64,000 nt of DNA from an uncultured Bacteroides sp. (lineage in GTDB: Bacteria > Bacteroidota > Bacteroidia > Bacteroidales > Bacteroidaceae): assembly GCA_964651035.1 (NCBI GenBank), contig CAZYVE010000001.1, positions 24,059 to 88,058 of the forward strand. Direction: 5' to 3'. A program made the translations under genes and the position numbers. Shown here in pieces: positions 1 to 10,531 of this stretch. Each line of letters opens with the position of its first letter. Positions within the stretch are counted from its first letter, which is position 1. Below the pieces are notes generated by a model. That model searched no databases. It had not been told where the DNA came from and was given only the letters and a program-made list of their open reading frames with translations.

Positions 1-939
1 CCAAAAGCACGGCCTCCCCTGACGGCTAATGAAAACGGCAACGGTATCCTGAGGGGTATTGTTTCCCGACTGAACCTTTACCGTAACAGCTCCCATAGAA
101 CTATTTACAGACAATACATAGCCTGAAGGCAACGCTTCCGGCAATTTGAACTTATACTCTTTGCCCCGCCAGCGGACTTTCGCCGTTGCCGGCTTGGCCG
201 AGGGTGTATAAGCAAAACGTCCCATGCCGTCGTGCATGGTTTCTATCCGGGTCAGTTCCTGTCCGTCAGCGTCGCAAAGTATGCCTGAAAGTTCCACACT
301 GCCTTCCTCCAGACTTTCGGCCTTGAATGCTACCCACGACTCTATACCCTCCACCAACTGCCCGCCTTCGGGAAAGAAACGGACTTGCAGCTGTTTCTCT
401 ACAGATTCCGGCCGTAATTTCATGGATTTGTTCAATGTGTACCGCGTAATACTACGTTCGTCCTGGTCCTTCTGCATAAGTTTGTATATCGGGAAAGTGC
501 GGGAAAAATATTGATGTTCTGAAAATCCGAGCATCCAGCGTGTATAGGCTCGCACTTCGTAGTATCCGGACAATATATTGGCCGACAGCGGTATCTGTCC
601 ACAGCCCTCGCCATGTTCGAGTCTGATTATCTGCTTATCTGTCACGTGCCCGGCCTGATCCACCAGTTCAACATACAGCGGACGGCTTATGTCGCTGGGT
701 ACCGGCATCTCGTCTGCCGTGACATAAGCCTTGAACCAGATGGTATCTCCAGCATAATAGCTCGTATTGTCGAAATGCAAGTAGGCTTTCTCACGCGGAT
801 AGTTGTCGGCAAAGTCACGTGCCTGGTTGGCATATTGTTCGAACTGCACGTAAGCCGGCAGAACCTGTGCCGATATGGTGAGCGGCAAAAGAAAAAATAA
901 AGTGCAAGCAGTTGTCCGTATAATTTTGTAGTATGCCAT
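1..939 (-). CDS. secreted MG2 / alpha-2-macroglobulin-like domain protein, N-terminal 313 codons only (gene runs off the left edge)
   Basis: Not in the ORF track because there is no stop in the window. Hand check: plus-strand triplets 1-939 contain no TTA/CTA/TCA, and the ATG is the complement of 937-939. The product starts MAYYKIIRTTACTLFFLLPLTISAQ (signal peptide), then EKAYLHFDNTSYYAGDTIWFKAYV...RPLYVELVDQAGHV. The family call is from memory of Bacteroidales MG2-like proteins. Confidence 0.65.
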   Translation of the reverse strand, partial: MAYYKIIRTTACTLFFLLPLTISAQVLPAYVQFEQYANQARDFADNYPREKAYLHFDNTSYYAGDTIWFKAYVTADEMPVPSDISRPLYVELVDQAGHVTDKQIIRLEHGEGCGQIPLSANILSGYYEVRAYTRWMLGFSEHQYFSRTFPIYKLMQKDQDERSITRYTLNKSMKLRPESVEKQLQVRFFPEGGQLVEGIESWVAFKAESLEEGSVELSGILCDADGQELTRIETMHDGMGRFAYTPSAKPATAKVRWRGKEYKFKLPEALPSGYVLSVNSSMGAVTVKVQSGNNTPQDTVAVFISRQGRPCFW

Positions 940-1039
940 AGTATTGTAGTGTATTTGTGATGATGAATACTGTAAAACGGTAACCCTCTACATTTTGCCT
1001 TTCACATCATCTAAAGACATGAGCAATGATTACCACAGA

Positions 1040-1047
1040 CAAAGTTA
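1040..1047 (-). promoter_or_regulatory. -7 promoter box TAACTTTG (Bacteroidetes TAnnTTTG consensus) for the MG2-like gene
   Basis: Plus strand reads CAAAGTTA, about 100 nt upstream of the ATG at 939. Confidence 0.4.
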
Positions 1048-1139
1048 GGGAAATATTCTGTATTACAGATAGATTTTCAAAGATTTTGTTTGTCCGCAGC
1101 AAGCGCATGTCACTACGACGACATTCCTACAGTCAGACC

Positions 1140-1970
1140 TCATCCTATATTCGCCGGAACTCTGCCCGGTGACATCCCGAACCTGCGCTTGAAGGCATTG
1201 GAGAAATGCGAACGGTTCTTGAAACCCACTGCCACATACACGTCCGACGGCTTGCATTTTCCGTTGTGAAGCATATCATAAGCCTTGTCAAGCCGCCTGC
1301 TGATAAGCCACTTCTCGGGTGGGAGGTCGCTTACCTTGGCAAAGTCGCGCTTGAAGGTGGCGAGGCTACGCCCTGTGTAAGTAGCGAACTCTTCCAAAGT
1401 CATGTCTTGCGTACAATTTGCTTCCATAAACGGAAGCAGGTCTATCTTCCACGTTTCATTAAAGTCGAACAGTGTTGGGTAGAAACGTACATCCATGTCG
1501 AGCAGGCAATATAGTGCCTCTTGCATCTTTAGCCGGATAACCTCGTCTTTCGGCTTGACATTTGCGTCCGTATATGGAAATAGCGAGAGGAAAAGACTTT
1601 GCAGTGCGGGTGTTTTGGAAAGCGGGACGGCAGCCTTGCGGAAACGCCGGGCATCCGCAGGCAGGCAAGCCTTGTCCATGCGGCTGAAGAAGTCCCGAAG
1701 GTAATTGCGCTCAAAACGTATGCTGATAGCCTTGTAAGGAGCGTCGCCTGCCGCATGCTTCAACATCTTAAGCCGGTGGTCGCGCTTTATGAACACATAC
1801 TCTCCGGCACGAATTTTCGTTGTGTGACCGTTGTCGTCGACAACCAGCTCACCGGAGTAGACATATATGACGGTATGGACGGGGAAGCGGTGTTCAGCCA
1901 GCCATTCGCCCGGGACAAAGCAACTGTAAACAATGTCCCAATAATTATATACTTGTGATTCCTTCAGCAT
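1140..1970 (-). CDS. AraC family transcriptional regulator (N-terminal cupin-like sensor, C-terminal HTH)
   Basis: 276-aa ORF. The C-terminus LEEFATYTGRSLATFKRDF...VGFKNRSHFSNAFKRRFGMSPG is a classic AraC/XylS dual HTH. Confidence 0.9.
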   Translation of the reverse strand: MLKESQVYNYWDIVYSCFVPGEWLAEHRFPVHTVIYVYSGELVVDDNGHTTKIRAGEYVFIKRDHRLKMLKHAAGDAPYKAISIRFERNYLRDFFSRMDKACLPADARRFRKAAVPLSKTPALQSLFLSLFPYTDANVKPKDEVIRLKMQEALYCLLDMDVRFYPTLFDFNETWKIDLLPFMEANCTQDMTLEEFATYTGRSLATFKRDFAKVSDLPPEKWLISRRLDKAYDMLHNGKCKPSDVYVAVGFKNRSHFSNAFKRRFGMSPGRVPANIG

Positions 1971-2118
1971 GGCATTTCAAAATTAAACAATTACCACCAT
2001 TTGAACAAACTTTTGCCCTGGCAAAACAATACACCGTAATAACGGACAGTATCAGGCAGACTCCATAGCCGATACATGGCATATTCGCCCGTTGTCAGAC
2101 GCAACCTATCTCTTTCCG

Positions 2119-3051
2119 CTATAGTCTTATTAATACTACCCCTATGAACATCAATAGGATACCTAAAACATGAATGTAGGAAATCTGCTTTTTAACGGCT
2201 CCCATCCATCCGCGCCCCTCCATCAGGAGACTGAGCGACATCTGCCCAAGGAGGAATGCCATGAAGAAGGCGCCGGCTCCAATCTGCGGTATCAGCCACG
2301 AGTTACCGAACACGGATATAGCTCCACATACACCACCAAGCCACATCCACCATGGCACCGGATGCAGAATTACTTTGCGCACGCAAGTGATTTTGCCGTT
2401 CCAGACACAGACGACAACAATCACTACGGTCGCTATCAGGAAAGACACAGTGGATGCTTGTACCGCCGAGTTCAGGCAAATGCCCAGCCTGCCGTATATA
2501 GCCCCGATAGAGGCCATCAGGCAACCTGCCACGATACCCGTCAGTTGCCAGAGCAGGACATTTCTGCTTGCAGACGAGCTAAAGCCTTTCTTATTCTTAC
2601 CCAGATTCGGGACAACTACGACCAGCAGCACTCCGCCTGTCAACAGAAGCATGGCAGCGACACGCATTGCTGAAAGCGGAATACTTACCGAGCCGAACAG
2701 TCCGAAATGGTCGATAACAAGACTGAACAGCAGTTGTCCTAAAAGTGGGAGTATGGTAGTCTGCAGCTGTCCGAGCACACGAAACAGATAGATAACAATG
2801 GTGATGGTGAACAAGGCTATAACGCCACCTGTCCAGCCCCACCACGGCACATCGGTCATCTGTGCCATGCGAGGCAGTATCGGGATTCCCATTATGGCCG
2901 ATACCACCGACAGCAGCAGTGACGACACAGTGAATGATATGAGTGTCACCACGAAAGCCGGACCGGCTATCGTCCGCATACGTGCGTTCGCCGCTGTCTG
3001 CACAGGGACAAGCATTCCTGCCAGCAAGGCTATGATTAAAAGTAGCCACAT
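2119..3051 (-). CDS. DMT-superfamily inner-membrane transporter (duplicated DUF606/YdcZ-like)
   Basis: 310-aa polytopic ORF of about 10 TM segments. The N-terminus LLAGMLVPVQTAANARMR resembles the YdcZ family, and the two halves are similar to each other. Confidence 0.7.
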   Translation of the reverse strand: MWLLLIIALLAGMLVPVQTAANARMRTIAGPAFVVTLISFTVSSLLLSVVSAIMGIPILPRMAQMTDVPWWGWTGGVIALFTITIVIYLFRVLGQLQTTILPLLGQLLFSLVIDHFGLFGSVSIPLSAMRVAAMLLLTGGVLLVVVVPNLGKNKKGFSSSASRNVLLWQLTGIVAGCLMASIGAIYGRLGICLNSAVQASTVSFLIATVVIVVVCVWNGKITCVRKVILHPVPWWMWLGGVCGAISVFGNSWLIPQIGAGAFFMAFLLGQMSLSLLMEGRGWMGAVKKQISYIHVLGILLMFIGVVLIRL

Positions 3052-3063
3052 ATTGCCTTGTTG

Positions 3064-4065
3064 TTACCTGTCCACATTATCCGGCACGGTTCCCAGCTTC
3101 CTGATGTCCTTACCATCGCGGTTACCGTGTATCTCTATCTTGCCCAGCGTGGCATTGAGAGCCGCATATTCATCGTCCGTCATTTCAATGTCCGCCGCAC
3201 CGAGATTTTCCGCTATGCGGCTCTCGCTGCGCATGCCGGGTATCGGCACGATGAAATCACCGCCTTTTAACACCCATGCCAGTGCAATCTGTGCATTTGT
3301 ACATCCTTTGTCCGCAGCCACACAGCCTATCAGGTCGAGCAGCGGCCGGTTAGCTTTCATATTCTCCGGATTGAAGCGGGTGATTACGCGGCGCACATCG
3401 TCTCCCTGAAAATTATCGGTCGGCTTGTATTTACCGCTCAAAAAGCCGTTTCCCATGGGCGAGAAGGCCACAAAGCCAATATTAAGCTCCCGGCAGAGCG
3501 GGATTACATCTTCCTCCCACTTACGTTCCATCATGGAGTATTCGCTCTGTATGGCAGTGACAGGCGTCACGGCATGCGCCTTGCGTATCTGCCCTGCAGT
3601 GGGAGATGATTGCCCCCAGCCACGAATCTTGCCTTCCCTGATTAGCATCCCCATAGTGTAGGCCACCTCTTCTTCAGTGCCTTCATCCATCTGGTGCTCA
3701 GTATAGAGGTCGATATAGTCTGTTTGAAGCCGCCGCAATGCACCCTCCACTGACTTACGGATACCAGCCTCACTCAGTTTGCCTTCGGGCATCTCCTGTC
3801 CCGGCAGCGGATGCGGCCAGAACTTGTCGGATATGACCACGCGGTCGCGCGGCAACTCCTTAAGGGCTTTGCCCACGAATTCTTCATTCTTGAAGTACGA
3901 ATACATCTCTGCCGTGTCGAAGAAGTTGCAGCCCAGCTCGAAAGCCCGGTGTACCAGGCGGATGCTTTCTTTCTCCTCGGGTGCCTTGCCATAGGCGTGG
4001 GTGAAACCCATGCAACCCATACCTATGGCCGACACTTCCATATTTCCTAAACGTCTTGACTTCAT
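3064..4065 (-). CDS. aldo/keto reductase
   Basis: 333 aa. Motifs: MEVSAIGMGCMGFTHAYG, FFDTAEMY, IDLYTEHQ and PIPGMRSESRIAEN, as in the AKR family. Confidence 0.9.
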   Translation of the reverse strand: MKSRRLGNMEVSAIGMGCMGFTHAYGKAPEEKESIRLVHRAFELGCNFFDTAEMYSYFKNEEFVGKALKELPRDRVVISDKFWPHPLPGQEMPEGKLSEAGIRKSVEGALRRLQTDYIDLYTEHQMDEGTEEEVAYTMGMLIREGKIRGWGQSSPTAGQIRKAHAVTPVTAIQSEYSMMERKWEEDVIPLCRELNIGFVAFSPMGNGFLSGKYKPTDNFQGDDVRRVITRFNPENMKANRPLLDLIGCVAADKGCTNAQIALAWVLKGGDFIVPIPGMRSESRIAENLGAADIEMTDDEYAALNATLGKIEIHGNRDGKDIRKLGTVPDNVDR

Positions 4066-4078
4066 GCCTGTTGCCTTA

Positions 4079-4807
4079 TCATTTGTATTTTTCCGTCAGT
4101 TCATACACTTTCGTCCAGTAATCCTGTGCCGACATGGCGGTTCCTGCCATATCGGGATATTCGTAGACTATCTCGCACGCTCCGCGTTCGTTGTACATCT
4201 GCCAGTAAGCCTCCGCAATTTTTGCCGGTGCAAACCATGAGTCCATGCCGACGGAGCCGCATACCGTCACCGTACCGACGAAGATTCCCCTCGGCTTCAG
4301 TTCGTTGTGCAGGATATAGGCCAGCGTGCGCAGGGCCGACTTATCGAGCGATAGCGGGATGAATTGTGCCAAAGGATATAGTGCCAGCCCTCCTCCTGTG
4401 AAGATGATTGCTCCGTTCTTCTTGCCGAAGGCTTCGGTTGCCACTTGTCTGGCACAGACGTAAGCGCTTGCCACATCTGCCTGATAATGCCGCAACAGTT
4501 CCGTGCCATCCAACTTATCCGGGTCATCCGGTATCGTGATGCCAACATTATACACCAGCACATCCGGTGTGCCGAACTCATCTTCCGCTTGCTGAAGTGC
4601 ACCGGTGAGCGATGCCGGGTCTTCCGCATCTGCCACATACGTGTGCGTTTCAATCCCGCCGGCGACAAACTCCTGTCTGTACTGCTCCAGCGATTGCCCG
4701 TTACGAGCTATCAGTATTACGCGGAAATCTTCTTGTCCGAACCTCTTTGCCACGTGGTTGCCGAGACCTTGCCCGGCTCCTACCACTACGATTGTCTTTT
4801 TCTCCAT
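4079..4807 (-). CDS. SDR family NAD(P)-dependent oxidoreductase
   Basis: 242 aa. Rossmann motif VVVGAGQGLGNHVA at the N-terminus, with SDR length and layout. Confidence 0.8.
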   Translation of the reverse strand: MEKKTIVVVGAGQGLGNHVAKRFGQEDFRVILIARNGQSLEQYRQEFVAGGIETHTYVADAEDPASLTGALQQAEDEFGTPDVLVYNVGITIPDDPDKLDGTELLRHYQADVASAYVCARQVATEAFGKKNGAIIFTGGGLALYPLAQFIPLSLDKSALRTLAYILHNELKPRGIFVGTVTVCGSVGMDSWFAPAKIAEAYWQMYNERGACEIVYEYPDMAGTAMSAQDYWTKVYELTEKYK

Positions 4808-4830
4808 AATCTGACTCTATTTTACGGTTA

Positions 4831-4838
4831 CAAAGTTA
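4831..4838 (-). promoter_or_regulatory. -7 promoter box TAACTTTG for the SDR-AKR-DMT operon
   Basis: Plus strand reads CAAAGTTA, 24 nt upstream of the ATG at 4807. The direct repeat GCTCAAA at 4871-4877 and 4894-4900 lies just upstream and is a possible AraC site. Confidence 0.45.
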
Positions 4839-4969
4839 TGGCGCAAATCAGAGTCGGAAGTTGTTGTCAGGCTCAAAGAGGTGTTGCTTTGCAGCTCAAA
4901 ATATACACGCAGGAGACAACAGTATGGCGGGACGGACAAAACATGTTCAATGCCGGTGTAAGTTCTATC

Positions 4970-5554
4970 TTACTCCGCAAGCATACGTATATCCGGCAAA
5001 AGCATAAGGGAATGAACGACTTCACCTGCAATCTCCATCATAGGAGTCATTACAAAGTCCCGTCGGAACATCAGCGGATGGGGGAGCTTCAAGGAAGGTT
5101 CGCACATGAAAACATGGCTACCGTTGCCACGGAAACAAAGCAATAGGTCTATGTCTATCACACGGTCTGCATACATCCCGCCTGACGATTTGCACATACG
5201 TCCCATACTGCGTTCTATTGCCTGTGTGGCAGAAAGCACTTCGAGCGGCGGCAAAGAAGAGAACACGCATGCGGCAGCATTGACAAAGTCGTTATCTGAG
5301 ACAAAGCCCCAAGGTGGGGTGACATAAAAAACGGACAGGGAAACAACATCCCCTACCCGCTCTTTAATATTATCCACTGCATCCAGCAGATTTTGCTCTT
5401 TGTTGCCAAGGTTTGTACCGAGACCTAAATAATACACGAAAGGCGGTATCTGAAGAACGGAGAACTGCCCTTTCGTCCACCTGTCAATGACGGATGACGG
5501 CAAGAAACACCTTGCTTCGGCCATTCCTCCATCGAATTCCACATTATCCATCAC
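4970..5554 (-). CDS. folK: 2-amino-4-hydroxy-6-hydroxymethyldihydropteridine diphosphokinase (HPPK)
   Basis: HPPK motifs LGLGTNLG, VTPPWGF, RVIDIDLL and LPHPLMFRRDFV. The first ~39 codons look like an ORF-track extension. An in-frame GTG at 5437 (V-YYLGLGTNLG) would give a canonical ~155-aa protein. Confidence 0.85.
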   Translation of the reverse strand: MMDNVEFDGGMAEARCFLPSSVIDRWTKGQFSVLQIPPFVYYLGLGTNLGNKEQNLLDAVDNIKERVGDVVSLSVFYVTPPWGFVSDNDFVNAAACVFSSLPPLEVLSATQAIERSMGRMCKSSGGMYADRVIDIDLLLCFRGNGSHVFMCEPSLKLPHPLMFRRDFVMTPMMEIAGEVVHSLMLLPDIRMLAE

Positions 5555-5567
5555 CCAGAACTCCGCA

Positions 5568-6623
5568 TCAGTCTATTATAAGCATGGCATCACCATACGT
5601 GCCGAAACGGTAATCTTCATTCAAAGCGATATCATAGGCATTCATGACATAATCGTAACCGCCGAAGGCTGCCACAATCATCAGCAAAGTGGAAAGCGGC
5701 ATGTGGAAATTGGATACCATTGCAGTGGCCACAGTAAACTCATAAGGCGGAAAGATGAACTTGTTTGTCCAACCTTCATAAGGCTTAAGATGGCCTCCGG
5801 TGCTGACAGTACTCTCGATGGCGCGCATCACGGTGGTACCTACCGCACATACCTGCCTGCGTTCATCCTTGGCACGATTGACCATAGCCACAGCCTCCTC
5901 GTCCACAATCATTTGCTCAGAGTCGGTTTTATGTTTGGTAAGGTCTTCCACGTCTATATCCCGAAAATTGCCCAAGCCGGCATGTAAGGTAATGAAGGCG
6001 AAGTCTATGCCTTTTATCTCCATGCGTTTCATCAATTCACGGCTGAAATGCAAATTGGCCGTAGGCGCAGTGACAGCCCCCTCATGCCTGGCAAAAATGG
6101 ACTGGAATCGGTCTGTATCTTCCGGTTCGACGGGACGGTTTATTATGCTGTGTGGCAATGGGGTCTCACCCAGTGCATAAAGAGCTTTCTTAAATTCATC
6201 GTGCGGCCCGTCATACAAGAAACGCAGGGTGCGTCCGCGCGAAGTAGTATTGTCTATTACTTCTGCCACCATCGAATCATCTTCTCCAAAATAAAGTTTG
6301 TTGCCTATCCTGATTTTTCGGGCCGGGTCTACCAGTACATCCCACAGGCGCAGCTCCTCGTTCAGCTCCCTCAACAGAAAGACTTCTATACGTGCTCCGG
6401 TTTTCTCCTTATTGCCATACAAACGGGCTGGAAAAACTTTTGTATCATTGAAGATAAACACATCTTTGTCATTGAAATAGCCTAAAATATCTTTGAACAT
6501 GCGGTGTTCTATCTCACCGTTTTTCCTATGCAACACCATCAGGCGTGACTCATCCCTATACTTTGTAGGGTACAAGGCAATTTTTTCTTCGGGAAGTTTG
6601 AATTTGAATTGCGAAAGTTTCAT
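5568..6623 (-). CDS. queA: S-adenosylmethionine:tRNA ribosyltransferase-isomerase
   Basis: 351 aa. [19 protein letters not shown]...SRLMVL and [11 protein letters not shown] are typical of QueA. Confidence 0.95.
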   Translation of the reverse strand: MKLSQFKFKLPEEKIALYPTKYRDESRLMVLHRKNGEIEHRMFKDILGYFNDKDVFIFNDTKVFPARLYGNKEKTGARIEVFLLRELNEELRLWDVLVDPARKIRIGNKLYFGEDDSMVAEVIDNTTSRGRTLRFLYDGPHDEFKKALYALGETPLPHSIINRPVEPEDTDRFQSIFARHEGAVTAPTANLHFSRELMKRMEIKGIDFAFITLHAGLGNFRDIDVEDLTKHKTDSEQMIVDEEAVAMVNRAKDERRQVCAVGTTVMRAIESTVSTGGHLKPYEGWTNKFIFPPYEFTVATAMVSNFHMPLSTLLMIVAAFGGYDYVMNAYDIALNEDYRFGTYGDAMLIID

Positions 6624-6741
6624 TTTTCAATTATTTTATAATGGCGAATAATCTGTAAATAAACGAGGTTGCCGCTTTCAGATACTCTCAGGTATCTACA
6701 AAAATACTAATCGGCATATAGTGATGTCAAGAATAAGAATG

Positions 6742-7452
6742 TTAATAATCGTCAACAACCACATCCTGGCTGTTTATCCACTCCTCGAACCCCATCGGAT
6801 TGAGGCAGTTTTCCACACGGACATTACCTACACGTGTACGCACCAGAGCCGTGAGGTGTGCCCCACTGTGCAATGCTTCTCCGATGTCGCGTGCCAGCGC
6901 CCTGATATACGTTCCTCTGCTGCACACCACACGTATCTTCAGTTCGTACGGCAGGTTGCATTCCAACAATTCGATTTCATCTATCAGCAGCTTCTTAGGT
7001 TGCAGTTCCACTTCTTTTCCATTCCGGGCCAGATCGTATGCACGCGTGCCGTTCACCATGCATGCCGAAAATACAGGAGGCACCTGCCATATTTCTCCGG
7101 TGAACTTATCAAGCGTGTCTTCCACCAAAGCGCGGGTGATATGCTCTGTCGGATAGATGCCGTCTATCTCATGCTCCAGGTCATAGCTGGGCGTCGTGGC
7201 ACCCAAGCGCAAAGTTGCCACATACTCCTTGGTATGAGACTGGAACTCCTCTATACGCTTGGTAGCCTTGCCCGTACAAACGATAATAACGCCGGTAGCC
7301 AATGGGTCCAGCGTGCCGGCATGACCTACCTTCAACTTCCTAATGCCCATGCGGCGGCAAATATGATAGCGTACATGCCCCACTACCTTAAACGATGTCC
7401 ACCCTAAAGGCTTATCGAAATATAATACCTCTCCTTTCTTGAAATCCATCAC
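6742..7452 (-). CDS. truB: tRNA pseudouridine(55) synthase
   Basis: 236 aa. KPLGWTSF and the catalytic motif GHAGTLDPLATG. Confidence 0.95.
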   Translation of the reverse strand: MMDFKKGEVLYFDKPLGWTSFKVVGHVRYHICRRMGIRKLKVGHAGTLDPLATGVIIVCTGKATKRIEEFQSHTKEYVATLRLGATTPSYDLEHEIDGIYPTEHITRALVEDTLDKFTGEIWQVPPVFSACMVNGTRAYDLARNGKEVELQPKKLLIDEIELLECNLPYELKIRVVCSRGTYIRALARDIGEALHSGAHLTALVRTRVGNVRVENCLNPMGFEEWINSQDVVVDDY

Positions 7453-7455
7453 ACC

Positions 7456-8250
7456 TTATCCGAATATGAGGGTTGCCAGTCCGGCCAAAGCACAATAGAT
7501 GGCAAAATATATCAGTTTACCCTTCTTGACGATATTAATCATCCACTTGCAGGCCAGAAAACCGGAAACAAAGGCGGCCAAGAAACCAACCCACAATGAC
7601 AAAGCCGGTATGTCGCCTGCAATGTTCTCTCCCTGTACCAATTTGATGCTGTCCAGCAAAGCCTCTCCCAAGATAGGGGGAACCACCATCAGGAACGAGA
7701 ACTGTGCCAACCTGGACTTGTCGTTACCCAGCAGGAGGCCGGTGGCAATAGTGCTGCCCGAACGGGACAATCCCGGCAATACGGCTGCACAAGCCTGTGC
7801 CAGACCAATGATGAAGGCATCACGCAACGAGATTTTTTTCTTCTGTCTGGATTTCTTGAAATAGGAGAATGCCAACAGCAAGGCCGTCAACAGCAGGCTG
7901 CAGCCCACCACAAACAGGCCGGAGCTGAATATATCCTCTACCACGTCCCTGAAGAACAGACCCACAATGCACACGGGAATCATGGACACCAGGATGTTGA
8001 ACACATAGCGAGTTTCGTCATTCAGCTGCCATTTAAACATTCCCTTGAACACCCAGCTGATTTCCTTCCAAAGCACGACCAGCGTGCTGAACACCGTAGC
8101 CACATGCACCACGATGGTAAAAGCCAGGTTTTCTTCACCTTCTATTCCAAACAATGCCGCCCCGATGGCCAGGTGGCCGCTGCTGCTCACCGGCAGATAT
8201 TCAGTCAGTCCTTGTATAAGCCCAAGGATAAGCGCTTCAATCCAATCCAT
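7456..8250 (-). CDS. uppP: undecaprenyl-diphosphate phosphatase
   Basis: 264-aa membrane protein. [17 protein letters not shown] and [10 protein letters not shown] are BacA/UppP motifs. Confidence 0.95.
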   Translation of the reverse strand: MDWIEALILGLIQGLTEYLPVSSSGHLAIGAALFGIEGEENLAFTIVVHVATVFSTLVVLWKEISWVFKGMFKWQLNDETRYVFNILVSMIPVCIVGLFFRDVVEDIFSSGLFVVGCSLLLTALLLAFSYFKKSRQKKKISLRDAFIIGLAQACAAVLPGLSRSGSTIATGLLLGNDKSRLAQFSFLMVVPPILGEALLDSIKLVQGENIAGDIPALSLWVGFLAAFVSGFLACKWMINIVKKGKLIYFAIYCALAGLATLIFG

Positions 8251-8284
8251 AGATTATGATTCCTCCCCCAAAATGTCCTTCTAC

Positions 8285-8518
8285 TTACTTCGTCCCGTCC
8301 TTCGGCTTGCGCAATACAGCATATATAATGAATATAAAACCTGCAAGACTTACCAGGGGAGCCACTTTTATACGCCTTACACTGAAGATGTCCGGCTCGA
8401 AGTGTGTAGGTGTTGACGAAGGGCCCGTCATCAGCACAAAACCCAATATCACGACCAGCATGCCTATGGCAAGCAGTATGAAATTGGTCTTGTCGAAAGC
8501 AAATTTCTGTTTATCCAT
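8285..8518 (-). CDS. small two-TM membrane protein (DUF3098-like, tentative)
   Basis: 77 aa with two hydrophobic helices. It sits in the conserved Bacteroidetes position between ftsX and uppP. The family name is from memory. Confidence 0.6.
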   Translation of the reverse strand: MDKQKFAFDKTNFILLAIGMLVVILGFVLMTGPSSTPTHFEPDIFSVRRIKVAPLVSLAGFIFIIYAVLRKPKDGTK

Positions 8519-8697
8519 CTTTCTTAAATACAGTTTTATTTGTTCTTATTCAGTCGTACTTCCAAGCGAATACGTATCAGCCGGCATAAAAGACCGGCGG
8601 GTCAAAAGGCGGCATCAGCAAAACATATATTACACAAGCCGCGGACGCGTTTCCCGCATGCGCAATACATGTACGGAGAAATCCGCAAACATATCTA

Positions 8698-9573
8698 TCA
8701 GACATAATACAGCGCGTTTGCATTCATCCGCAGATATTTGTTTACCGAGAACAGGGCACACAGGCATGTGATGGATATGCCGAAAGCAAGCACTGCGAGC
8801 ACCACTGCCAGCATCACATGCGGTGTCACTACCACCACCAGCTGAGGCTCGTACGATACCAGCCAATTGGCTGCACCGCACAATATGCCGTCCGCCAATA
8901 TTGCCGAAATCACCCCAATCCGGAAGTTACGGCGTATGAACGGCCGGCGTATGAACCCCCAACTCGCCCCTACCAGTTTCATCGTCTGTATAAGGAAACG
9001 TTCGGAATATATGGTCAGCTTTATGGTATTGTTTATCAATGCAAACGAGATAAGCATCAGCACAGCCGCCAAGGCCAGCATGAAGAGGCTGATGTCGCGT
9101 ATATTGTCGTTAATGGCGTCGACCAGCTCCTTCTGGTAAAGAATCTCCCTGATGTTGTTGTCCTGCAGGATTAAGTTTTCTATCTTGGCGATGCTGTCCG
9201 AATTGGCGTAGCCTGCATTGAGTTTTATCTCGATAGAAGCACTGAAAGGATTGCTCCCAAGAAACTCCTGCGGGTCTGTCCCCATGGCCTCAGACTGTTC
9301 GCGCAGTGCGCGCTCTTTCGATATATATTCAGTCTGCTTCACGAATGGCTCGCGTTCAAGGCTGCGTTGCAGTTCCACGATATCGTGTTCCTTCATATTG
9401 TCGTCCAGCAAGATGGAGAAAGTTATGTTTTCCTTCACATATACTGACAGGTTATGAGCCGTCAGGACAAAAAAAGTCACCAGCCCAAGCAACAGCAGCA
9501 CCAAAGTCGTACTGATACATGCTGTAATAAACTGCATGTCAAGAAAGGCCCTGCGTTTCTTCTCCATTCCCAT
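8698..9573 (-). CDS. ftsX: FtsX-like permease (cell-division ABC transporter permease)
   Basis: 291 aa with one N-terminal TM, a periplasmic domain and three C-terminal TMs. MKLVGASWGFIRRPF is typical of FtsX. Confidence 0.85.
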   Translation of the reverse strand: MGMEKKRRAFLDMQFITACISTTLVLLLLGLVTFFVLTAHNLSVYVKENITFSILLDDNMKEHDIVELQRSLEREPFVKQTEYISKERALREQSEAMGTDPQEFLGSNPFSASIEIKLNAGYANSDSIAKIENLILQDNNIREILYQKELVDAINDNIRDISLFMLALAAVLMLISFALINNTIKLTIYSERFLIQTMKLVGASWGFIRRPFIRRNFRIGVISAILADGILCGAANWLVSYEPQLVVVVTPHVMLAVVLAVLAFGISITCLCALFSVNKYLRMNANALYYV

Positions 9574-9611
9574 CTTTATTATGGTTCTTCGAGTTTATTA
9601 TGGTTACAATA

Positions 9612-10508
9612 TCATCTTTTCCTGAAGATATATATCATCGAACTGCTGCGTTCCATCCTTATCATAGAGGCAAACCATGCCAACGTACCCGTCCACAATC
9701 CGCGCAGGAAAGGAAACACGCGGTGCATGTATTTCTCGGTAAGCATGGATACATAGAATGCATCCAACGGCATGGGATACCGTCCGGCAAGTATGAATCC
9801 GTGTTTTGCTCCAAAACGCTGCATGGTGGACGGAACAAAATGCCACAAATGGCGCGGTACATCGTATGCGGCCCAGCAAGCGCCGTAACGGCGTGCGTCG
9901 TACGACGAATGGTTGGGCACAGCCACTATAAGCACCCCCTTTGCAGTCAACAACCTGTTAAGCTGAGCCCATGTTTCGTTCAGCTTCTCTATATGTTCCA
10001 TTACATGCCACAGGGTTATGACATCGTAACTACCTTCCTCCATTCCCGGCAAAGCCTCTTCAGGCTGCATCTCCAAAGCAAACCGTTTCATGGCAAACGT
10101 CCGAGCTCCGGCATTCTTTTCCACCGCATCCACCTGCCATCCACGCCGTTTCATGGCGTTGGCAAAGTATCCGGTACCGGCACCGACATCCAGCAGGCGG
10201 CCGCCATTGCGATGGGATTCACGTTCTACAAACCTCCCCTTACGCCTCAGCATGTATGCACGTGCATAGTGGTAAACAGTATTCACCAGGCCTCTATGCG
10301 TATCGGAGTGTGATATGTAACCGGGTGCATCATAATACCGTTCCATCTCTGAACCGGAAGGGAAGCCCTGCGTAAAAAGGAAACCACAATCACGGCAACG
10401 GCACAAACGGAACGTTTCACCCGAAGAGAAGCTGTCCACACACGTCAGCGCATGCTCCAACCTTGTACCGGTACACAAAGGACATTTTTTTATAGTGATT
10501 GTATTCAT
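9612..10508 (-). CDS. class I SAM-dependent methyltransferase with N-terminal Cys4 zinc ribbon
   Basis: SAM motif I LLDVGAGTGYFA. N-terminal CPLCTG...CRDCGF. I chose ATG 10508 (MNTITIKK) because the ORF-track start at 10592 would run through the strong hairpin at 10532-10567. Confidence 0.8.
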   Translation of the reverse strand: MNTITIKKCPLCTGTRLEHALTCVDSFSSGETFRLCRCRDCGFLFTQGFPSGSEMERYYDAPGYISHSDTHRGLVNTVYHYARAYMLRRKGRFVERESHRNGGRLLDVGAGTGYFANAMKRRGWQVDAVEKNAGARTFAMKRFALEMQPEEALPGMEEGSYDVITLWHVMEHIEKLNETWAQLNRLLTAKGVLIVAVPNHSSYDARRYGACWAAYDVPRHLWHFVPSTMQRFGAKHGFILAGRYPMPLDAFYVSMLTEKYMHRVFPFLRGLWTGTLAWFASMIRMERSSSMIYIFRKR

Positions 10509-10531
10509 CAACAGCAAGCGCAGGGAAAACA

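Noticed and set aside
224-900. Plus-strand ORFs 224-514 and 613-900
   Set aside because: They lie inside the hand-verified minus-strand partial CDS (1-939), which has a signal peptide and family-like motifs. Their translations are S/P/C-rich noise.
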